IMG/VR virus record: IMGVR_UViG_3300030329_004012
Location: 1-50,547 of that record
Source of the DNA: a virus
Taxonomy: Duplodnaviria > Caudoviricetes
Length of the DNA: 50,547 nt
Reading direction: 5' to 3' (one strand)
The position numbers and the translations under genes are program-made. This document shows positions 45,956 through 50,547 of this stretch, in pieces. The number at the start of each line of letters is the position of its first letter. Within the stretch, counting starts at the first letter, position 1. The notes under the pieces were generated by a model. It made no database searches and was not told the DNA's origin. It worked only from the letters and a program-made list of their open reading frames with translations.

Positions 45956-46297
45956 TCATTTAGTTCTATTGCCCTTGTGAGACCTCACGGTATCTCCTCT
46001 CAACTCAATATTAATCTCATCAAAGGGATGTATATTATCTTTTGCTAATTCTATAAAAGGTAATAATCCCATTCTTTTTCTTCTAAGGTAGTCTTCATCT
46101 GGTTCATCGATGAATCTGAAAGGTACTCCAAATATCTCTTCAAAAGGCTTGAGATACTTCTCCCATCTTTTATACTCCGAATAATAAGAAGTCCATTCAC
46201 AGTGAGATTTATCTGTTAGGAATCCTTCAGAGTTTATTATCTTTTTAGAAGGCGGATTGGGAGGAAACCCGCCCTCTTTTTTTATGTTGCATCTCAC
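45956..46297 (-). CDS. Hypothetical early protein (start uncertain)
   Basis: 113-aa ORF; its 5' part overlaps the hairpin at 46247-46277. Confidence 0.45.
   Translation of the reverse strand: MRCNIKKEGGFPPNPPSKKIINSEGFLTDKSHCEWTSYYSEYKRWEKYLKPFEEIFGVPFRFIDEPDEDYLRRKRMGLLPFIELAKDNIHPFDEINIELRGDTVRSHKGNRTK
46247..46283. terminator. GC-rich hairpin flanked by T runs on the + strand
   Basis: AGAAGGCGG...CCGCCCTCT followed by TTTTTT on +; the stem pairs fully (one G-U) on the - strand, so orientation is ambiguous. Confidence 0.45.
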
Positions 46298-46398
46298 AGG
46301 ATAGCTCTTAACATAAATATAATTAGTTTAATTGTAAAATAAGATGTTATTATCATTATAATCCAAGTAATTAAGAATGGCCAATTGAAATCTTGCAT
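46294..46398 (-). CDS. Small membrane protein, 34 aa (not in ORF track)
   Basis: GGGAG RBS; MQDFNWPFLITWIIMIITSYFTIKLIIFMLRAIL*. Confidence 0.55.
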   Translation of the reverse strand: MQDFNWPFLITWIIMIITSYFTIKLIIFMLRAIL

Positions 46399-46505
46399 TT
46401 ATTTTCTCCCTTTTTCTTTTTGTGTTCTTTTCTAATTAATGGTAGTTTATAACAAAAACAACTCTTACACAAGAATTGTTTGCTATAATAAGATTTGCAA
46501 GGCAT
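46371..46505 (-). CDS. Small Cys/Lys-rich protein, 44 aa (not in ORF track)
   Basis: GGAGG RBS; MPCKSYYSKQFLCKSCFCYKLPLIRKEHKKKK... Confidence 0.5.
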   Translation of the reverse strand: MPCKSYYSKQFLCKSCFCYKLPLIRKEHKKKKGENKCKISIGHS

Positions 46506-46506
46506 A

Positions 46507-46632
46507 TTAATCCCTCCACCATAAGAATTTATGTCCATCAGTATAAGACATAAAACATAAAAATAAGGATACTATTAGTGTAATACCTATTATAGTTCCT
46601 GATAACATTAATACTAGCACTATAAATTCCAT
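46507..46632 (-). CDS. Small membrane protein, 41 aa (not in ORF track)
   Basis: AAGGAG RBS; MEFIVLVLMLSGTIIGITLIVSLFLCFMSYTDGHKFLWWRD*. Confidence 0.6.
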   Translation of the reverse strand: MEFIVLVLMLSGTIIGITLIVSLFLCFMSYTDGHKFLWWRD

Positions 46633-46813
46633 TTATTTCTCCTTTTTTCTTAATAGATTGTCGTTATTATTACTGTTATATCTCTACATAATAACATATT
46701 GTCTCCTTTTTCTATGAGGAACAGTAATAATACCTATTACGGTCAAACTTAATTGACTCTTCAGGTTTCCTATTTATAATAGATACTATTACCGTCTGTT
46801 TTACTCCTCGTTA

Positions 46814-47365
46814 TTAATCTACGAATGTATAACCTTCTTTCTTGTCTTCTTCAGCTCTTTTAGATAATTGTTTAGCCAAAGCTTTTTGTTCAGCTTTAAA
46901 ATCAGGTTCTTTACGCTTAGGTTTAACTACTTCAAAGTCACTAGAATATCTAGCATCAGCTTCAATAGCTTCTAGCTCTGCATCAGTAGCTTGAACTATC
47001 AGTTCAATATCATTTATAATGCCTGCTTCTTTTAGCCTTTTATTGATAGATTGAATTCTAACTTCAAGAGCCTTTAATCTATTGTTAATTCTATCTTCTG
47101 ATGCTAATTTACTTAATTTATTATCAAGTGTTACTTCAGCTTCAAGAGCATTTAAGCTTTTATAATGATTTGTTGTTATTTCTTCAAGAGTATGTATCTT
47201 TCTAAGAGCATCATTATTTAGAAGATGAAGAGATTTAAGACTTCTCTCTACTTCTTTAAACTTATTGTATACATCTTTATCTAGTCTAGGATATCTCTGT
47301 CTTGGAAAAAACACTGCCCCTAGCGCATAAAATGGTGATAATAATAATTTAATTAACTTTTTCAT
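46814..47365 (-). CDS. Early coiled-coil protein with a hydrophobic N-terminus
   Basis: MKKLIKLLLSPFYALGAVFF followed by heptad repeats. Confidence 0.65.
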   Translation of the reverse strand: MKKLIKLLLSPFYALGAVFFPRQRYPRLDKDVYNKFKEVERSLKSLHLLNNDALRKIHTLEEITTNHYKSLNALEAEVTLDNKLSKLASEDRINNRLKALEVRIQSINKRLKEAGIINDIELIVQATDAELEAIEADARYSSDFEVVKPKRKEPDFKAEQKALAKQLSKRAEEDKKEGYTFVD

Positions 47366-47401
47366 TGTTTCTCTTTCTGTGCCTGTGAGCACTGTTTGGT
47401 G

Positions 47402-47530
47402 TTATTTATTTAATTTAAACTTAAGTCTACTGATAATAAAGCGATATGCTATAATAATCAGTAGTGACTTAATAGTTATGTTAAGTAGTGTTTCTATTAT
47501 GTAAATTGTATCATATATCCAATTTGCCAT
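47402..47530 (-). CDS. Small membrane protein, 42 aa (not in ORF track)
   Basis: GGAGG RBS; MANWIYDTIYIIETLLNITIKSLLIIIAYRFIISRLKFKLNK*. Confidence 0.55.
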   Translation of the reverse strand: MANWIYDTIYIIETLLNITIKSLLIIIAYRFIISRLKFKLNK

Positions 47531-47947
47531 ATGCCTCCCTGTATTCTAAAAGAGCACTATCAACTAATCAGCAAGCATTGACTAATACAGGGTCCGTGTG
47601 TTACGGCTATTATGTCCGCCATGTCCTTCTATTAGTTGCCACTAATCAATTGATAGTCTTTATATAATCCTATTATGCCCAGCCTACACCATAGTAGACC
47701 ACAAAGGCCAAGAATTATATGCTCTATGTTATAGAACCTCAATTATTTGCAAAGCAAGATGTTACGCGGTCTCGCAGAGGATAGCAGTCGTAATCTGATT
47801 TATTTTATCACAACTATACGGATTGCTAGTTAAAGCTCATCCATCACCTTCTCGGCTTGTATCGTGAGCCATCATCTCACATAATTGAGGTTCTTATTAA
47901 TGGTTTATGTGTAGTAATATATATAATACCGCTGTTTCTACACACTA

Positions 47948-47981
47948 ATTAAAGACAGACCTAGCATAAGCTAGGCCTGTC
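47948..47981 (-). terminator. Intrinsic terminator-like hairpin after the first early gene
   Basis: On - strand: GACAGGCCTAGC-TTAT-GCTAGGTCTGTC-TTTAAT (12 bp, one G-U). Confidence 0.65.
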
Positions 47982-48000
47982 AAACACCTGTAAAGTTAGG

Positions 48001-48315
48001 TTACTCTTGGTAAGATGACATCAGGCTTGTTAGTTCTTCATCTGAACTACTAGCTAGTTCTGATGGAGGACCAACATAAACTGATGCATCTTTGGTTGTC
48101 CAAGAGTCACCTGGCTTTGCAGGTGGCACATCTTCTTCAGGGAAATGAACTGCTTCCATAGCAATTCCTTGCTCTGTAAGCAGGGCATTTATCGCTCGAA
48201 TATCGAGAGTGTCAGGGTTTAAACCGAAAAGGTTGTAACCCTTACCACTCTTCGATATGACGATACGCCCTGAAGAAGATAGCATTGACTTAAGTAATTT
48301 AATTAATTGATTCAT
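48001..48315 (-). CDS. First early gene, hypothetical protein
   Basis: 104-aa ORF, first on the - strand, followed by a terminator hairpin. Confidence 0.7.
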   Translation of the reverse strand: MNQLIKLLKSMLSSSGRIVISKSGKGYNLFGLNPDTLDIRAINALLTEQGIAMEAVHFPEEDVPPAKPGDSWTTKDASVYVGPPSELASSSDEELTSLMSSYQE

Positions 48316-48403
48316 TTTGAAAGCTCGCTTTCTGAATGAGTTAATTCATTCAATTGGTTAATTCAATGCAAGCATTGTGCTTGCACAATGAGCGGGGGCA
48401 GAC

Positions 48404-48522
48404 GACCCCACCGTTCAAGCTCACGCTGTTGCTGTATCAGTGTGAGTGGTTTCTGACCTATGGCGTAAGTAGCTTTCAACGTAGTAGCGTCGCCATAGGG
48501 CGGAAATGAACGGGTGCGGGTC
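48404..48522 (+). other. GC-rich three-way-junction structure at the divergence point of the two modules
   Basis: GACCC-CAC-CGTTCA pairs with TGAACG-G-GTG-C-GGGTC; inner arms CTCACGCTG/CAGTGTGAG and CCTATGGCG/CGCCATAGG. Confidence 0.65.
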
Positions 48523-48638
48523 AACGTATCTCTCCCACACGCATTCTCGTGCCAATTTTTTGAAAATCAACCTAAATAGTGGGTTTATCCTCAGGAAACG
48601 TAGTAACTGGGACCCCTATTGGTAATTATTTTATTTTT

Positions 48639-48807
48639 TTCTTGGAAAATTGGTTGATATATACTAAGTTTATCCCGCGCTTTTGCGGTAACTAACTCAG
48701 TTACTGCTATCTGAGTCTATATAGTAGGTGGTAGTAAGGGGTAAATAGACTCTACTTAATAAACTGTTTGGAATATAGCAGTAACTTATGTATATTAAGT
48801 TGATAAA
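48639..48807 (+). promoter_or_regulatory. Tandem putative sigma70-like promoters for the + strand module
   Basis: TTGGAA(48642)-17-TAAGTT and TTGGAA(48768)-17-TATATT(48791); sequence shared with the promoters at 22062 and 3240. Confidence 0.6.
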
Positions 48808-48837
48808 TTTTATAAAATTCTAACAATTGGGGAATAT

Positions 48838-49437
48838 ATGAGTGATTTAACAATAACACATGCAGGTAGTACAGTAACTCAACTACGCCCTGGCATGAAA
48901 TCAGACAATAATAAGCTAAATGATATGCAAGCTGTTACTATAGATGTTACAGCAACACTTACAGGAGACGGAACTTCTGGTGATGTGATGTTTGTAACTA
49001 CAGAACTTCCAAAAGCAATAGCTAAAAAGGGTGGAAAAGCCATTCTTCAGTCTGTAACAGCTGTTTTAACTGATAATAGTACTGATGCAAGTGGTACTGG
49101 TTCTAACTGTACAGGCGCTTTTAAGCTTGTTTTTACGTCAAATAGCCAAGTTTTAGGTACTGTAAGTGATGCTTTAGGTACTAGAGCAGTAGATGGTGGC
49201 GGTGCTGGAGATATAGATAACTGGTCAAGAGCGATTTTAGATGATACATCTGCTATAGTAGATGTTACTAATGTTGTAGACATGGGAGAACTAGCAGTAG
49301 CTCATAAAAGTAACATTGGAGCTGTGGTAGAAGCAGCATCTGATTCTAGAAGTTTGTACGTATGGGGCATTACTAACTCAGCTAATGACTATAATGGTGC
49401 AACTATTAGTTTAAAAGTTGGCTTAGTTCAAGATTAA
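48838..49437 (+). CDS. Virion structural protein candidate
   Basis: Thr/Gly/Ala/Asp-rich beta protein (GDVMF, SRSLYVWGI); first + strand gene. Confidence 0.6.
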   Translation: MSDLTITHAGSTVTQLRPGMKSDNNKLNDMQAVTIDVTATLTGDGTSGDVMFVTTELPKAIAKKGGKAILQSVTAVLTDNSTDASGTGSNCTGAFKLVFTSNSQVLGTVSDALGTRAVDGGGAGDIDNWSRAILDDTSAIVDVTNVVDMGELAVAHKSNIGAVVEAASDSRSLYVWGITNSANDYNGATISLKVGLVQD

Positions 49438-50204
49438 TGTTTCCAAGTAGAAAAGCTACTATATTAGGTGGTGCAGAAGAAAATACTCGTTATGCACTAC
49501 AATTTGATGGTACCGATGATTACGTTACCATGGGTGATATTACATTAATGGATGGTTATGATGTGTATTCCTTGTCATATTGGATGAAGACAGTGGGAAC
49601 TACCACTCAGCAGCCGATGGGTATAAATAAGGGTGCATATAATATTGCTGGTGATACATTTGGTGGATATTGGGATAGTACAGCTAATACTGGCACAGGA
49701 AGATTTAGATTAGGGCATGCAAAGAATTTTTGGTATACGAATGGAACCTATGCTAACGGGCATTTTGTTCATGATAAGTGGATTCACCATGTTATAACTT
49801 GGTCTAATACAAATGATAGAGTATTCTTCTATGCTAATGGAGTACAAATAGGGATAGATGCTGATGGAGGAGACGGAAGTTCAGACCCAACTTATGAAAG
49901 TCTTCCAAATACCGATGAAGAATTAACGATAGGAAGACAAGCAACCGTCTATTTACATGGAATGATAACTGATGTAGCTGTATATAATTCAGAACTATCC
50001 CAAGCAGAAGTTACTACTATATATAATAATGGTAAACCCTATGACCATGCAAATGGAGTAGGGACCAATCTTGTTGGATGGTGGAGAATGGGAGATGGTA
50101 CTGAAAAAGGCGCAGGTTCTACAATTTATGATATGTCTACAAATTCAAATAATGGTACACTAACTAATATGGTTGGTAACGAATATGTTTTAGTTGATTT
50201 TTAA
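49437..50204 (+). CDS. LamG / concanavalin A-like lectin domain protein
   Basis: ALQFDGTDDYV, WIHHVITW, FYANG, LTIG, ITDVAVYNSELS, LVGWWRMGDG. Confidence 0.88.
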   Translation: MFPSRKATILGGAEENTRYALQFDGTDDYVTMGDITLMDGYDVYSLSYWMKTVGTTTQQPMGINKGAYNIAGDTFGGYWDSTANTGTGRFRLGHAKNFWYTNGTYANGHFVHDKWIHHVITWSNTNDRVFFYANGVQIGIDADGGDGSSDPTYESLPNTDEELTIGRQATVYLHGMITDVAVYNSELSQAEVTTIYNNGKPYDHANGVGTNLVGWWRMGDGTEKGAGSTIYDMSTNSNNGTLTNMVGNEYVLVDF

Positions 50205-50214
50205 GGGGTATTGA

Positions 50215-50448
50215 ATGTTTGAAGATAGAAAATGGGTAATAGTTAATGTATCTGATATAACAGATGAAATGATAGAAAATGCAATGCAAACATCTGTAGA
50301 TACACTAAGAAAAACACTAGATGGTAGTAAAGCCTTGTTAAAATGGGAAGGTAACACACCTTCTTGCTTTGATGATATGGATATTTATAACCATAGTGAA
50401 ATACTAGCTGAATTATCAGGCAGTGATTGGACTGAATCAGATGCCTAG
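50215..50448 (+). CDS. Small acidic hypothetical protein following the LamG gene
   Basis: 77 aa; LRKTLDGSKALLKWEG...YNHSEIL. Confidence 0.7.
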   Translation: MFEDRKWVIVNVSDITDEMIENAMQTSVDTLRKTLDGSKALLKWEGNTPSCFDDMDIYNHSEILAELSGSDWTESDA

Positions 50449-50547
50449 ATTTGGTACAAGAAGTAGAAAGAATTTAGCAACTTGCGATGAAAGGTTGCAA
50501 AAAATATTAAATGAAGTAATTAAATATGTTGATTGTAGTGTAATAGG
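50441..50547 (+). CDS. 5' part of the endolysin gene (continues at the window start)
   Basis: ATG CCT AGA TTT GGT ACA encodes MPRFGTRSRKNLATCDERLQKIL, in frame with ORF 47..394. Confidence 0.85.
   Translation, partial: MPRFGTRSRKNLATCDERLQKILNEVIKYVDCSVI
50449..50546. repeat. Terminal direct repeat, right copy
   Basis: Identical to 1-98. Confidence 0.95.

Noticed and set aside
46650-46697. 15-aa ORF MLLCRDITVIITTIY with AAGGAG RBS
   Set aside because: Too short to support from sequence alone, although the RBS is good.
46742-46775. Canonical hammerhead ribozyme
   Set aside because: CUGAAGA and stem II are present, but the required GAAA is replaced by CGUAA and stem I is marginal; kept only as a structured-RNA candidate.
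45186-48837. CRISPR array, tRNA genes or attP/integration module
   Set aside because: No regularly spaced direct repeats, no cloverleaf with a T-loop GTTC in proper context, and no integrase seen; a tRNAscan/ARAGORN run would be decisive.

Overview
This window looks like a complete, circularly assembled genome of an AT-rich, apparently lytic, podovirus-like tailed phage: bases 1-98 repeat at 50449-50546, and the endolysin gene runs across that join. There are two opposed modules. The + strand module (48838 through the join to 35704) holds virion and lysis genes: terminase, P22-like portal, scaffold, major capsid, adaptors, a 2469-aa tail protein, ejection proteins and a 3361-aa protein with a two-barrel RNA polymerase motif (RxP...GADLDGD) plus inserted SLOG-like, zincin and macro-like domains. 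The - strand module (48315 to 35719) holds early and replication genes: primase-helicase, SSB-like protein, Sak4-like ATPase, PD-(D/E)XK and HNH nucleases. I recognised no DNA polymerase, integrase, tRNA or CRISPR array. Highlights: (1) a complete phage-encoded ubiquitin-like conjugation cassette, Ubl-E2-JAB-E1, heading the replication operon, with a structured element between Ubl and E2; (2) the putative polyvalent virion RNA polymerase; (3) an unannotated small Zn-finger ORF with an in-frame TGA at a Cys-like position, followed by a SECIS-like hairpin (candidate phage selenoprotein); (4) a chain of long stem-loops and a GC-rich folded element in the early/divergent region. All family assignments come from motifs read by eye; no database search or folding program was run.
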